The notes beneath the pieces are model-generated. The model saw only the letters and a program-made list of their open reading frames with translations. It did no database searches and was not told the origin of the DNA. Positions 1 to 11,034 of a DNA stretch of 64,000 nucleotides are shown one piece after another. Source of the stretch: a virus; the IMG/VR virus record IMGVR_UViG_3300014775_001776, positions 40,711 to 104,710 of that record; one strand, 5' to 3'. The translations under genes and the position numbers were made by a program. Within the stretch, counting starts at the first letter, position 1. Each line of letters begins with the position of its first letter.

Positions 1-1214
1 AACATCCAGATATTATGGAGTTTTTGGAAATAGGTACCGAAGGATTTCCAATCCAAGATCTTACACACGCAGTCACAGTAACTGATGAATTTATGAAAGA
101 TATGATCGAAGGTGATAGTGAAAAAAGATCTATATGGGCTAAAGTAATACAAAGAAGAGGTGAAATTGGTTATCCATATATTATGTTTACAGATACTATG
201 AATAACAAATCTCCAGAGGTCTACCAAGATAAAGGGGCTAAAATCTATAATTCTAACCTATGTTCAGAAATTGCATTACACAATTCTGAAGAAGAATCTT
301 TTGTTTGTGTTTTGTCATCTATGAATTTACTTCATTATGATGAATGGAAAGATACTGATGCTGTAGAAACTTTGACTTATTTTTTAGATGCAGTTGTCAC
401 TGAATTTATAAATAAAATTGAGTCTATTAGAGATAATGGAACTATAGAAGGTAAAAGAGCGTTTATATATCTTGAAAAGGCATATAATTTTGCTAAAAGA
501 CAGAGAGCGCTTGGATTAGGTGTTCTTGGATGGCACTCACTTCTTCAGTCAAAAAACCTACCTTTTGATACAAGAGAAACCGCAAAATTGAATGTAGAAG
601 TGTTCAAAACAATTAAAGAAAAATCATACTCAGCTTCAAAAGAGTTAGCTGAAAAATATGGTGAACCTGAATACCTTGAAGGTTATGGTCGAAGAAATGT
701 AACACTAAATGCAATTGCACCCACGACTTCTTCAGCATTTATTTTAGGACAAGTTTCGCAATCAATCGAACCTATTTGGTCTAATTGTTATGTTAAAGAT
801 GTTGCAAAAATGAAAGTTACAATCAAGAATCCAGTCCTAGAAAAGTTACTCGAAGAAATCGGTGAGAATACCAAAAAAACTTGGAATAGTATTAAAAAGA
901 ATGACGGATCTGTACAACATCTAGAATTTTTGACCGAAGAACAAAAAGAAGTGTTTAGAACTTTTGCTGAAATAAATCAGGCATCGATTATAAATCAAGC
1001 AGCAATCAGACAAGATTTCATCGATCAATCACAATCTTTGAATTTAATGATATCTCCTGATATGCCAACACGAGATGTGAATAAGTTGTTGATAGATGCT
1101 TGGAAACTTGGGGTTAAAACTTTATACTACCAACATTCAATGAACTCAGCACAAGCATTTGCTAGAAAGAAACTAAACTTAAATGATCTACAATGTGTAG
1201 CTTGTGAAGGATAA
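1..1214 (+). CDS. nrdA: Ribonucleoside-diphosphate reductase class Ia alpha subunit, 5'-truncated by the window edge
   Basis: The frame is open from position 3 (HPDIMEFL). It contains the active-site NLCSEI, CVLSSMN, APTTSS, the KTLYY tyrosine pair and the C-terminal CVACEG redox pair. Confidence 0.96.
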   Translation, partial: HPDIMEFLEIGTEGFPIQDLTHAVTVTDEFMKDMIEGDSEKRSIWAKVIQRRGEIGYPYIMFTDTMNNKSPEVYQDKGAKIYNSNLCSEIALHNSEEESFVCVLSSMNLLHYDEWKDTDAVETLTYFLDAVVTEFINKIESIRDNGTIEGKRAFIYLEKAYNFAKRQRALGLGVLGWHSLLQSKNLPFDTRETAKLNVEVFKTIKEKSYSASKELAEKYGEPEYLEGYGRRNVTLNAIAPTTSSAFILGQVSQSIEPIWSNCYVKDVAKMKVTIKNPVLEKLLEEIGENTKKTWNSIKKNDGSVQHLEFLTEEQKEVFRTFAEINQASIINQAAIRQDFIDQSQSLNLMISPDMPTRDVNKLLIDAWKLGVKTLYYQHSMNSAQAFARKKLNLNDLQCVACEG

Positions 1215-1220
1215 TAAATG

Positions 1221-1243
1221 ACCCAACGAAAGTTGGGTTTTTT
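1221..1243 (+). terminator. Rho-independent terminator after nrdA
   Basis: Perfect 7-bp stem ACCCAAC-GAAA-GTTGGGT followed by a T-run, 6 nt after the nrdA stop. Confidence 0.88.
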
Positions 1244-1261
1244 ATTAAATTAAATCTAGGA

Positions 1262-1269
1262 TATTTATA
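1262..1269 (+). promoter_or_regulatory. TATTTATA motif, putative phage late promoter
   Basis: 4 nt before the ATG at 1274; the motif recurs in 9 of 11 intergenic gaps of at least 20 nt. Confidence 0.6.
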
Positions 1270-1273
1270 TGTT

Positions 1274-1759
1274 ATGAGTGAAACATATACGTATGGTATT
1301 AATTTTCCATTTAGACAAAGTCTTAAAGGTAATTATTTAAGTCTATCTGAGGATCCAAATCAGGAGATTAGATCAGATTTAATACATTTAATTCTTACTA
1401 GAAAAGGTAGTAGATACTATCTACCTGATTTTGGTACCAGAATATACGAATTCATTTTTGAACCTATGGATGGTACAACCTTTGACTTGATCAAAGATGA
1501 TTTGAGAACTGCTGTAGAAACATATTTACCTAATGTTATACTAAATAATATAGAAATATTACCATACAATGAATATCAATCACCACCTCAAGGAGAAGTT
1601 TCTTTTCCTGAAGAAATAAATGACATGGGTTACAGGACTTTTGATATTTATAGGTCAGTAAGTGAAGAAGCTGCGGAATACACAGCTAAGATTAAAATAG
1701 AATACACAATACAAAGTGATACATTTGAGACTCGAGATTTTATAATTATTAATATTTAA
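1274..1759 (+). CDS. Baseplate wedge protein, T4 gp25/gpW-like
   Basis: LILTRKGSRYYLPDFGTRIYEFIFEP matches the gp25-family motif (T.KGER...P.FG......FE). Size is 161 aa and it lies directly upstream of a gp6-like gene. Confidence 0.88.
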   Translation: MSETYTYGINFPFRQSLKGNYLSLSEDPNQEIRSDLIHLILTRKGSRYYLPDFGTRIYEFIFEPMDGTTFDLIKDDLRTAVETYLPNVILNNIEILPYNEYQSPPQGEVSFPEEINDMGYRTFDIYRSVSEEAAEYTAKIKIEYTIQSDTFETRDFIIINI

Positions 1760-1763
1760 AAAA

Positions 1764-3602
1764 ATGGCTAATAGAAAAATATCATATACTGAAAGAGATT
1801 TCGAAGGTCTAAGACAAGACCTAATTAATTTTACACAACAGTATTATCCAGACTTAATAAATAATTTCAATGATGCCTCAGTCTTTTCAGTTTTATTAGA
1901 TCTTAATGCCGCAATAGGTGATAATTTACACTATCACATAGATAGAAGTATTCAAGAAACAGTATTACAATATGCACAACAAAAATCATCAATATACAAT
2001 ATTGCTAGAACTTACGGTCTGAAAATTCCAGGTAATAGACCATCGGTTGCAATAGTAGATGTCTCGATAACAGTTCCTGCTTTTGGTGATTCTGAAGATG
2101 AGAGGTATTTAGGAATAATCCAGCCTGGATCACAATTTATAGGAGGAGGTCAAATATTTGAAAATACTGATGAAATCAATTTTGCTTCTCAATATAATAG
2201 TAAAGGGTTCCCAAATAGAACAAAAATCCCAAACTTCGATAGTAACAACAAACTTATAAATTACACTATAACTAAAAGGGAAGTTGTGGTAAATGGTGTG
2301 ACTAAAACATTCAAAAGAGTTATTACAGCATCAGACGTAAAACCTTTCTTCGAGTTTTTCTTACCAGAAAAAAATGTATTGTCAATAACTGATGTAATTC
2401 AAAAAGATGGTACAAGTTTTACTACGCCTCCTACGTATGAAGAATTTGTAAATGCACCAACTAAATGGTATGAAGTTGATGCGCTAGTAGAAGATAAAGT
2501 TTTTATCGAAGATTCATCAAAATCGTCGGATAATCCTGGTGTTAAAGTTGGGAAGTATATTGAGACTGAAAACAGATTTATTAGTGAATTTACGCCTTTA
2601 GGTTTTTGTAAACTAACATTTGGTGGTGGGACTACAACTCCAGACGATCAATTAGCACAATTCGCAAGAACTGGTATACCACTAAGAATTCAAGATTACC
2701 AAAATAATATTGGATTAGGATTAACAGTTAAAGCGAATACTACACTTTTTGTGAGATATAGGATTGGTGGTGGACAAACATCTAATGTTGGGGTAAACGT
2801 AATCAATCAAATAGGTACCGTAAACTTTAATGTTAAAGGTCCTTCGCAGAATATTAATCAGAATGTGATAGGAAGTTTAAGATGTAATAATGTAACAGCA
2901 GCAATTGGTGGAGGAGACTTACCTACTACAGAAGAAGTTAGAAATATGGTAACGTACAACTTTGCGGCTCAAAAAAGAGCAGTAACGATCAATGACTATA
3001 ATTCACTGTTAAAAACTATGCCAAGTAAATATGGTGCACCTGCAAAAGCTGCGATTACTGAAATAGATAATAAGATCAATATACAAGTACTATCATATGA
3101 TACTACAGGGTCCTTAACAGAGGCAGTATCTAATACTCTTAAAGAAAACATTGCTAGATATCTTTCTAACTATAGAATGATAAATGATTACATTTCAGTT
3201 AGTAGTGCAAAAGTAATCGATTTAGAAGTTGATTACTCAATAGTCTTAGATAGTGCTCAAAATCAAGGGGATATTATAACAAATGTTGTTAATACTACAA
3301 ATAAGTACTTTACACCTACATCTAATGAATTGGGTAGAAATATTAATATCTCAGATTTAAGAAGAACAATTCAAGATCTACCAGGTGTAGTTAATATTAC
3401 GGATTTGAAAATATTTAATTTGGTTGGTGGAAGATACTCGTCTTCACAGACATCACAACAATATGTTGATAATACAACCAGAGAGATTAGATTGATTGAT
3501 AATACCATATTTGCAGAACCAAATCAAATCTATCAAATAAGGTTTCCTGAGAATGATGTCAAAGTAAGAGTGAAAAACTTGACAGATGTACAATTTACCT
3601 AA
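1764..3602 (+). CDS. Baseplate wedge protein, T4 gp6 / baseplate J-like
   Basis: N-terminal YTERDFEGLRQDL...IYNIARTYG, then AAIGGGD..T.EEVR and QKRAVTINDY motifs typical of gp6/J wedges; 612 aa. Confidence 0.87.
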   Translation: MANRKISYTERDFEGLRQDLINFTQQYYPDLINNFNDASVFSVLLDLNAAIGDNLHYHIDRSIQETVLQYAQQKSSIYNIARTYGLKIPGNRPSVAIVDVSITVPAFGDSEDERYLGIIQPGSQFIGGGQIFENTDEINFASQYNSKGFPNRTKIPNFDSNNKLINYTITKREVVVNGVTKTFKRVITASDVKPFFEFFLPEKNVLSITDVIQKDGTSFTTPPTYEEFVNAPTKWYEVDALVEDKVFIEDSSKSSDNPGVKVGKYIETENRFISEFTPLGFCKLTFGGGTTTPDDQLAQFARTGIPLRIQDYQNNIGLGLTVKANTTLFVRYRIGGGQTSNVGVNVINQIGTVNFNVKGPSQNINQNVIGSLRCNNVTAAIGGGDLPTTEEVRNMVTYNFAAQKRAVTINDYNSLLKTMPSKYGAPAKAAITEIDNKINIQVLSYDTTGSLTEAVSNTLKENIARYLSNYRMINDYISVSSAKVIDLEVDYSIVLDSAQNQGDIITNVVNTTNKYFTPTSNELGRNINISDLRRTIQDLPGVVNITDLKIFNLVGGRYSSSQTSQQYVDNTTREIRLIDNTIFAEPNQIYQIRFPENDVKVRVKNLTDVQFT

Positions 3603-3646
3603 TTGTATACTTTGAAGGTATTATAATTAAAATTATCTAAAATAAC

Positions 3647-3653
3647 TATTTAT
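3647..3653 (+). promoter_or_regulatory. TATTTAT motif, putative late promoter
   Basis: Intergenic, 14 nt upstream of the ATG at 3668. Confidence 0.5.
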
Positions 3654-3667
3654 TTTAAAAGATTATA

Positions 3668-6600
3668 ATGCCCAAAAACATAAGGATAAGGACACAGATT
3701 GGTGAGGATAGAAACCTAAATGTAAAAATAGACCAAGATTTTGATTTTTTAGAAATTCTTTCTTTAAAAATTAGACAAGAAGATGTTTATGATCGTTTTT
3801 GTGCAGATTATGGTATTGTAACAGGAAGGGTAATTGCGAATGGGGGTTTTGGTATTCCTAATGCTAATGTATCGGTATTTATTCCGCTTAATAGTATGGA
3901 TGAAAATGACCCAGTAATCTCCACACTCTATCCATACAAGAGACCATCTGATAAAAATGAAGACGGATATAGATATAATCTATTACCTTACACCCAAGAA
4001 AACTATGCACATAATCCAACGGGGACTTTTCCTTCAAGAAATGATATTTTAACAAGAAGTGAAGTATTACATGTATATGAAAACTATTATAAATTCACAG
4101 TAAAAACAAATGATTCAGGTGATTTTATGATAGTTGGGGTTCCACTAGGACAACAAAAAGTTGTATTAGATCTTGATTTATCTAATATAGGTCAATTCTC
4201 ATTGAGACCAACTGATTTAGTTAGGATGGGAATGGGTGTAGAAACACAATTTGACGGGCAATTTTTCAGAAGATCAGAAAACATTGATTCATTACCTCAA
4301 ATAATTCATGACGTTGTTGATGTTGATGTTGCTTCATTTTGGGGTGATAGTGAAAACTGTGATGTGGGTATAACAAGAGTCGATTTTGATCTTAGAGAAC
4401 TGGGTGTTGAAATTGAACCTACTTCCATTTTTATGGGTTCTTTTTTTAGTTCCAGTGAAAGGGATTTTCTAAAATCTAACTGTAAACCCAAACCAAACAC
4501 GGGTAATTTATGTACATTAGAGACCGCACCTGGTCAGATTTTATCAATCAGACAAACTATCGATTTAGATGAAGATGGATATCCAATTCTTGAAGAATAT
4601 AGATTAGAAAATAATGGTAATCTGATCGATGAAGATGGTACTTGGATGGTTGATTTACCTATGAACCTAGATTATTTAATTACTAATGAATTTGGAGAAA
4701 CAGTAATTTCTAATGATCCTACTGTTGGTATACCGACTAGAGGTAAATACAGATTTAAAATAAAATGGCAAAGTGAGGCTGGGTTAAAAAAGAATATTCT
4801 AAGGGCAAATTATTTAGTACCTAACATTAAAGAACATTGGTTATTATCAGGATCAAGACCGAATGATTTTACAATGAATCAATCGTATTCATTTTCTTTA
4901 GATTGGGATGATTATTTCGATAAAGACGCCGCTATAACGTGTAAAGATACATTCTATGAATTTAAATATAATAAAGTATATACAGTTTCATCTCATATTG
5001 ATAGGTTCAAGTTTGGTAGAAACAGAGCAAGACATTTAGGTATTAAAGAGATCGACGATCGTGAATGTGAGAGTAATATAAATAAATTACCAGTTAATGA
5101 TGGGGTCAGAAATTTCGATTTTATATTTTTTGTATTCAGTATAATGTTATTTCTATTTACACCGAATGTTTTTGTGATTTTACCTATTATACATTTCTTG
5201 GCTTGGTTTTGGCCGGTAATAAGGATAATTATAAATGCTATAAGAGTTTTCTTAAATGCTGTTAGACGAATATTGTGTAAAATTAGTGGTATTAAAATTG
5301 CTGGGTGGTACCCATTCAAATTTATAAAAGAAAACAACCCAGATATCTGTGAAGAAAAACCTTTACTAGGTGATGAAAATCCTTTTTCAAATCTTGGATT
5401 ACCAATGTTACCATATCCAGATTGTGAGACTTGTAATTGTTCTAATGAGCCATTACCTCCAGATACAAATTCACCCGAATACCAAGAAGCTCAAGTGGAA
5501 TTGGCTCAACTAAGTAATGTTAGTTCACTTGCAGATATAAATGTATATCAGTTATATGACCCAGTAGATTGTCAATCTGATGGTGTCTATCCTAATTATG
5601 ATGAGTCAAATGACGAGAATTTACAAAATCGGATGATGGCATTTGCAGGTAACGCAATCACAAATGACATACCTCAGAATAATAACTTAGGTATAGACGC
5701 TTCATTTGCTAGGTGGTTTATGTCGCCAGTATATCCAAGAAGAAAATGGGAATATTGGGAGGGTCAAGAAGGATGTGTAGTACTTAAAAAGTTTTGGTTA
5801 GCGTCGGATAGTCCAACTTTCCCTCAAGTTTTGAATCTTATGAATCAAAGAGCTAGGTATTTTGCACCTGAGACTGCAAATGCTTTTGAGTTAGGTTATT
5901 ATACAAATGCATCCAATAGATTTATGGGTATTAGAAGTAGGTTGATAAATGACCAATTTAATACTGGTGGTGGTGTAACTGGAGTTGGAGTTGGAGGTGG
6001 AGGTGGTAATAATACAAATGAACCGTGGTGGGATATGCCATTAGTTGTTTTAGCCGATGCTGGTGTTAATTGGGAAAGTGGTAATTTGATAACATTTAAT
6101 GATCCAGAAAGTTCTGCGCAAGATGATCCAAACCTAAATTATTATACTGGTGGTACTGTTGGAACAGATAATGGATTTGGAAGAAAAGGTATTACCGGGT
6201 TAACAGATTACAATACAAACAATTATATAGTAAAAGAAGTAAAGTGGATGAACCCATTTTATACTCCAACAAATGGTGAGGATTTAGTCAAAACATCTCA
6301 GATTCAGTACTTTAATACTGCTTCAACTACTGACTATAAATTCACTTCTGGAGTGGAATATTTTCAAGTTATTACAGGTATGACTGTAAATGAATTTTTG
6401 GCGAATTTTCAAACTACGATAAATGATGATGATGAATTGGTAATACCTGATGATGAAATAGTACCATACTCTACTGGTGGATTAGTTTGGGGAACAAATG
6501 CCGGTGGAGGACAAAAGGTGGGAGATATAAAACACCAAAGTATAATTTATCAACATTTAATGCGTTCCACACAAAGAGTGATTTGTAATACATTTAATAC

Positions 6601-9328
6601 TGTAAACCCAGATTTAGATCCGTGTGAAAATTCGCTGGTTATTTTTAGTCAACAACAAGGTGAAGAAACATGGGTAACTAAATACAATTGGTCTCAGTAT
6701 CCAGATTTTAAAAACCAAAAAATATATATAATGACTCGTGGAGTTGATCCACACGGACCTAGGCAAAAAATGAGATTTGAATTGGGTAAATTGTTCGGTA
6801 GAAATAATCCAGGTTATCCTGGATGTGTAGTAGAGGGAGATTTTTATATGAATATACCAATACAACCAAATGGTGGACAAAATACACAGGCTATTTATGA
6901 CCACAAATCACCTAATGCTATTTATAAGTGGATTCAACAGGAACCACAAAATGGATACTGGGAATCAAATAGTGCTGGTGCGGATTTTATACCTACTATG
7001 TCCGATCCTACATTGGCTGGATTTAGTTGTTTTCATAGACCATTTAGTTTTTATATGGGGTTCAATGATCCAGATGATCCTAACTCATATGGGAAAAGGT
7101 TTCAAACTACAGGATTTACAAATTATGTATCGTTATCGAAAGATATAGCATCTACGATGTCTTATAGGTTTTCAACATACAGTAATTTCACGACTGGTAA
7201 TAGTACTATAGAAAATATTGGAAACTTATCTGCTGGTAATTTGGCGGTGAGGATAAATGGATTTAATACACGTCTTTTAGAAGGTAGTGATGGTTGTGGT
7301 AATAGAATAGGAGGGACACAGGTTCAAAACTTTGAACAAGGAGATGGTAATCTGGAAAAATATGAAGGTAGGATAGAGGGGTGTAGTCAACAATTTGCTA
7401 AAAGAAGCTCAAATACTGGGAGTGGTTGTGATAATTGGGGTAGATGTATTGATAGATCGGATGTTGGAACCATTTCACCATCTTACTATAGAAGTGATAA
7501 CTCTATACCTCATACTACTTTGTATGGTATGACAGTCTTCAGGACTGATAGATTACCAACGTCGGATTCAATTAGTTTGGGATTTGATGGTACCCTCCAA
7601 GTTGATCAAAGATTTGCTTTACATATGAATCCTAATTTTAGGGCTTATAAGTATGATGATTTTGGAAATATTACAGAAATAACAGGAGGAAACTTAGGAA
7701 CTACGCAGAGTGATACTACAGGTAATTTAGACGATAATATAGATGAATTCCCAAGCCAGTTGCAAAGCTTACAAAACTCCTTTACTTGTGAAGGTATGAC
7801 ATCTATCAAATGTTATCAAGGTGAGGGTGAAGACTTCGGAATTTTATCCCCTTGTGTTGAGGATGTTGGTACACCTAAATTTATTGATCTTGAATCAAGA
7901 ACAAAAAATGGATGTTATAGATTTGTAAGGGAAAGGTATTTGAGAACACTAGGAAAGGACTTCCAACTCTTTTTCGAATATAAAGCTAGGTTTAGATTAA
8001 TGTTTGCAATGTGTAGAGGAGTACTAAGTCACGTTTTCCAAAATAATTGGATTAACGGTACATTATATTTTCCTTCTTTCCAAAAGAAGACAATTTTTGG
8101 GATCGAGAATTCTACAACGCAAGAATTATTTCAAAATGCTAGTAGCGACTCTACCTCTATATACACCTTCAACTTCAATGGGTATGTGACTATATTAGAA
8201 ACAGAAAACGTAAGTTCTTATACTTTATTTATTAATGATGAAGAAATTGGAGATGACATAACATCATTCCAATTCAATAGTAATTATGACGTATATTTTA
8301 AATTAATACCGACAAATCCAAATATAATCTCGTCCATCACAATGGAGGTTACCGATACTAATATTTCTTATAGATATTGTGGAGGTAGTTCAGATGATGG
8401 ACCACTTTACTTTAATACGCAAAGTAATTCATTCTTCTATAGATCCACACCATATTACAATAACAACTTCATAGGTCAAACACCTTCTCAAAGTTATAAA
8501 GGGGCTAATAAAAAGAATATATGGTTTCCAACTACAATAATGGATTTAGGTCCTAGAGAGCAATTACTTAAAGAAGTCATAAATTCTGCGGAATATGAAT
8601 CTTTTGTGTTAGATAAATTACAAAGTACCTCTTATGAAAGTACAGGGGACATTATAAACTTATTTTTGATTAGTAGACTAGTTAATGCTAACTTCTTAGA
8701 AAATTTATTCAGTGCAGGAGATGCTTCCGTTAGAGGACTTTTTTCTCGTGATGAGGGTGCTGGGTTCCAGGAGGATAGAGTAGATGGTGATTGTGCACAA
8801 ATGTTCAGTATTAATTCTGAATTCGGTGTGGTACCATACTTAGCTGGAAACTACCTAGACAGTGTTACGGTTTTAGAAAATAGGTTTGGTATTTGGTTTG
8901 ATTCTGATTTGATAGATAGAAGAGAAGTAAATCCAGGAATAACTACTTTTGGAACAAATGAGATTACCTCACCAACAAATTATTTTGGATATACTAGTTC
9001 TCAAATAGTACCATATTATAGATGGTATATAGAACCTAATAATGGTCTTTTTGGTGTAGATAGTGAAAATAACTGGAATACCAATGACATTTATTCTATG
9101 AACTATCAAAATTCACCTTTAGATAGTTCAGGATATGCAGTACCAAATAGCGGTCCTGCTTATGGTTATCTATATAATGCTAGTGTTAATGATCCTGAAT
9201 TAGATATGTTCCCAGGAACCAATCACTCTGTAAAAGTGGGATCACCTTACCATTTTTACTTTGGTCTTCAAAAAGGTAAATCAGCATTAAATAAATTTTT
9301 AAGTAAGTACTTATTTTTAGAGACATGA
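3668..9328 (+). CDS. Large putative virion/baseplate protein with an N-terminal carboxypeptidase-regulatory-like beta-sandwich and an internal hydrophobic segment
   Basis: 1886-aa ORF; GIVTGRV...GIPNANVSV and KTNDSGDFMIVGVPLG motifs; hydrophobic stretch at about 5110-5310; located in the baseplate operon. Confidence 0.6.
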   Translation: MPKNIRIRTQIGEDRNLNVKIDQDFDFLEILSLKIRQEDVYDRFCADYGIVTGRVIANGGFGIPNANVSVFIPLNSMDENDPVISTLYPYKRPSDKNEDGYRYNLLPYTQENYAHNPTGTFPSRNDILTRSEVLHVYENYYKFTVKTNDSGDFMIVGVPLGQQKVVLDLDLSNIGQFSLRPTDLVRMGMGVETQFDGQFFRRSENIDSLPQIIHDVVDVDVASFWGDSENCDVGITRVDFDLRELGVEIEPTSIFMGSFFSSSERDFLKSNCKPKPNTGNLCTLETAPGQILSIRQTIDLDEDGYPILEEYRLENNGNLIDEDGTWMVDLPMNLDYLITNEFGETVISNDPTVGIPTRGKYRFKIKWQSEAGLKKNILRANYLVPNIKEHWLLSGSRPNDFTMNQSYSFSLDWDDYFDKDAAITCKDTFYEFKYNKVYTVSSHIDRFKFGRNRARHLGIKEIDDRECESNINKLPVNDGVRNFDFIFFVFSIMLFLFTPNVFVILPIIHFLAWFWPVIRIIINAIRVFLNAVRRILCKISGIKIAGWYPFKFIKENNPDICEEKPLLGDENPFSNLGLPMLPYPDCETCNCSNEPLPPDTNSPEYQEAQVELAQLSNVSSLADINVYQLYDPVDCQSDGVYPNYDESNDENLQNRMMAFAGNAITNDIPQNNNLGIDASFARWFMSPVYPRRKWEYWEGQEGCVVLKKFWLASDSPTFPQVLNLMNQRARYFAPETANAFELGYYTNASNRFMGIRSRLINDQFNTGGGVTGVGVGGGGGNNTNEPWWDMPLVVLADAGVNWESGNLITFNDPESSAQDDPNLNYYTGGTVGTDNGFGRKGITGLTDYNTNNYIVKEVKWMNPFYTPTNGEDLVKTSQIQYFNTASTTDYKFTSGVEYFQVITGMTVNEFLANFQTTINDDDELVIPDDEIVPYSTGGLVWGTNAGGGQKVGDIKHQSIIYQHLMRSTQRVICNTFNTVNPDLDPCENSLVIFSQQQGEETWVTKYNWSQYPDFKNQKIYIMTRGVDPHGPRQKMRFELGKLFGRNNPGYPGCVVEGDFYMNIPIQPNGGQNTQAIYDHKSPNAIYKWIQQEPQNGYWESNSAGADFIPTMSDPTLAGFSCFHRPFSFYMGFNDPDDPNSYGKRFQTTGFTNYVSLSKDIASTMSYRFSTYSNFTTGNSTIENIGNLSAGNLAVRINGFNTRLLEGSDGCGNRIGGTQVQNFEQGDGNLEKYEGRIEGCSQQFAKRSSNTGSGCDNWGRCIDRSDVGTISPSYYRSDNSIPHTTLYGMTVFRTDRLPTSDSISLGFDGTLQVDQRFALHMNPNFRAYKYDDFGNITEITGGNLGTTQSDTTGNLDDNIDEFPSQLQSLQNSFTCEGMTSIKCYQGEGEDFGILSPCVEDVGTPKFIDLESRTKNGCYRFVRERYLRTLGKDFQLFFEYKARFRLMFAMCRGVLSHVFQNNWINGTLYFPSFQKKTIFGIENSTTQELFQNASSDSTSIYTFNFNGYVTILETENVSSYTLFINDEEIGDDITSFQFNSNYDVYFKLIPTNPNIISSITMEVTDTNISYRYCGGSSDDGPLYFNTQSNSFFYRSTPYYNNNFIGQTPSQSYKGANKKNIWFPTTIMDLGPREQLLKEVINSAEYESFVLDKLQSTSYESTGDIINLFLISRLVNANFLENLFSAGDASVRGLFSRDEGAGFQEDRVDGDCAQMFSINSEFGVVPYLAGNYLDSVTVLENRFGIWFDSDLIDRREVNPGITTFGTNEITSPTNYFGYTSSQIVPYYRWYIEPNNGLFGVDSENNWNTNDIYSMNYQNSPLDSSGYAVPNSGPAYGYLYNASVNDPELDMFPGTNHSVKVGSPYHFYFGLQKGKSALNKFLSKYLFLET

Positions 9329-11034
9329 GTAATTTGAAAACAGATAGTATAAGGATCGTAAAAGGATCTGAAAGGTTTGCAGGTTCCACGGATAATGATA
9401 TGTCTTTAGATATTGAATTGAGGGCGGATCAAAAGAATTATGTTGAAAAAGATCGTACAACAATACTAAATCTTGCTGAAAGATTTGATGTAGAACGTCA
9501 GATAAGTAATAAAATAAGAGTATCGGGAAAAATAACTAATATTTTTAAAAATGATATTGTTGGTACATCTACATATGAACCTTTTTTGAACAATTTGTTT
9601 TATGTTAATCCTGAAGTTACGGTACAGAATGGTTCCCCATTTAAAGGTTATCCACCTGCGGATGAATTTGTATTTGTCAGAACTACCGTCCCTGTAGGTC
9701 ATATACCATATAACTCAGAAAGTGCATCTACTTATAATTGGAGAGTCTATTTAAGTTATCCATTTGAAAATGATTATGATCAAGAATTACAATTTGAAGA
9801 CGAACAGACTAATATAACAAATCAATATGTTGTGTCGGATGGTATACCATTCATAATAAAAAATAAAAAAAGTCGAGGAAAAAATCTTATCTATTTTTAT
9901 TGTGCATATAATCATAACCTACAAATAGGTGAATCAATCGAATTGACGCAACCTATTGATGGTAGAACAATTTTTGAAGTCTATAGTCTTGGTGATAATA
10001 GTTACGGAAACGACAAAAAAGTTTTTACAATATACAACTTTGGTTACCAACAATTTTTTGAAAATACTATAGGTAATTTTAAGAGAATAATAGATATTAA
10101 TAACCCTGAAGAAACAAAGTCAGAGTATTATTGTAGAAAGCATAAAATACTATTTAATAGTAAGGATGTTGATATTGTAAAACTTGCATACGAACAAAAT
10201 CCATTTTTTATAGAAAAAAAATTACAATATTCGGCACTAACACCAAACAATGTTGAAAGACTGGCTGTTAAAGAAAATAGTCAGACGTATAGTCTGACAT
10301 TTAATAAAGACCTTGACATAAGTGGACTTAGGGATAATAATAAAAGACCTTTGAGTAGTTTATTTGTTACAATAGTAAAAAGTGGATACATTGGATGGTT
10401 TAATAACGCGGTTCCTGCTGGAAACACTACTAGTATCGAAGTGGGTTGGGACATGAATTTTTCAAATGATCAAATTGATGGATGGTGGTCAAAACTAAAC
10501 CCCTATAACCGTGATAATTTACCTAATAATCACTACACAATAAATGGTAGAGATTTTTATTTTACAAAAGAATTAGAAATAGGAACAGAGATCAAAGGAG
10601 ATATTTGTGAGTGGAATGAATACGATCAAAAAGAAAATGTTTTATCAAGTATTAACCACAAAATAAGTTTCAATCTAAATAATTTTAATGATGGGTCAGA
10701 CGAAAATCCTAATCTACCTAATGGATATAGTTATAAACCTCATCATGAAGTAAAAGTAAAACAATTTTCGGATTCAGTTGAGTTTGGTGATAAAGATAAG
10801 ATAGATCAATTTCCAGATTATGCATTTTTTTCAGATTATGACCAACAATGGAGATGGAGAGACTTATATGATTATGGTTTTATAGATGAAAATGGAGACG
10901 GGGTTAATTTCCCTTTTTTGAATGGTTCTCACTATCCATTTAAAGAAATAATATTTTTACAAACACCTATGTTTAAGAACTTAAATCTATTTACAGATAT
11001 AATAATTGCACCAAATACGGACGATTGTGAATAA
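9325..11034 (+). CDS. Hypothetical phage structural protein
   Basis: 569-aa ORF with an ATGA overlap with the upstream gene; baseplate operon context. Confidence 0.6.
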   Translation: MSNLKTDSIRIVKGSERFAGSTDNDMSLDIELRADQKNYVEKDRTTILNLAERFDVERQISNKIRVSGKITNIFKNDIVGTSTYEPFLNNLFYVNPEVTVQNGSPFKGYPPADEFVFVRTTVPVGHIPYNSESASTYNWRVYLSYPFENDYDQELQFEDEQTNITNQYVVSDGIPFIIKNKKSRGKNLIYFYCAYNHNLQIGESIELTQPIDGRTIFEVYSLGDNSYGNDKKVFTIYNFGYQQFFENTIGNFKRIIDINNPEETKSEYYCRKHKILFNSKDVDIVKLAYEQNPFFIEKKLQYSALTPNNVERLAVKENSQTYSLTFNKDLDISGLRDNNKRPLSSLFVTIVKSGYIGWFNNAVPAGNTTSIEVGWDMNFSNDQIDGWWSKLNPYNRDNLPNNHYTINGRDFYFTKELEIGTEIKGDICEWNEYDQKENVLSSINHKISFNLNNFNDGSDENPNLPNGYSYKPHHEVKVKQFSDSVEFGDKDKIDQFPDYAFFSDYDQQWRWRDLYDYGFIDENGDGVNFPFLNGSHYPFKEIIFLQTPMFKNLNLFTDIIIAPNTDDCE

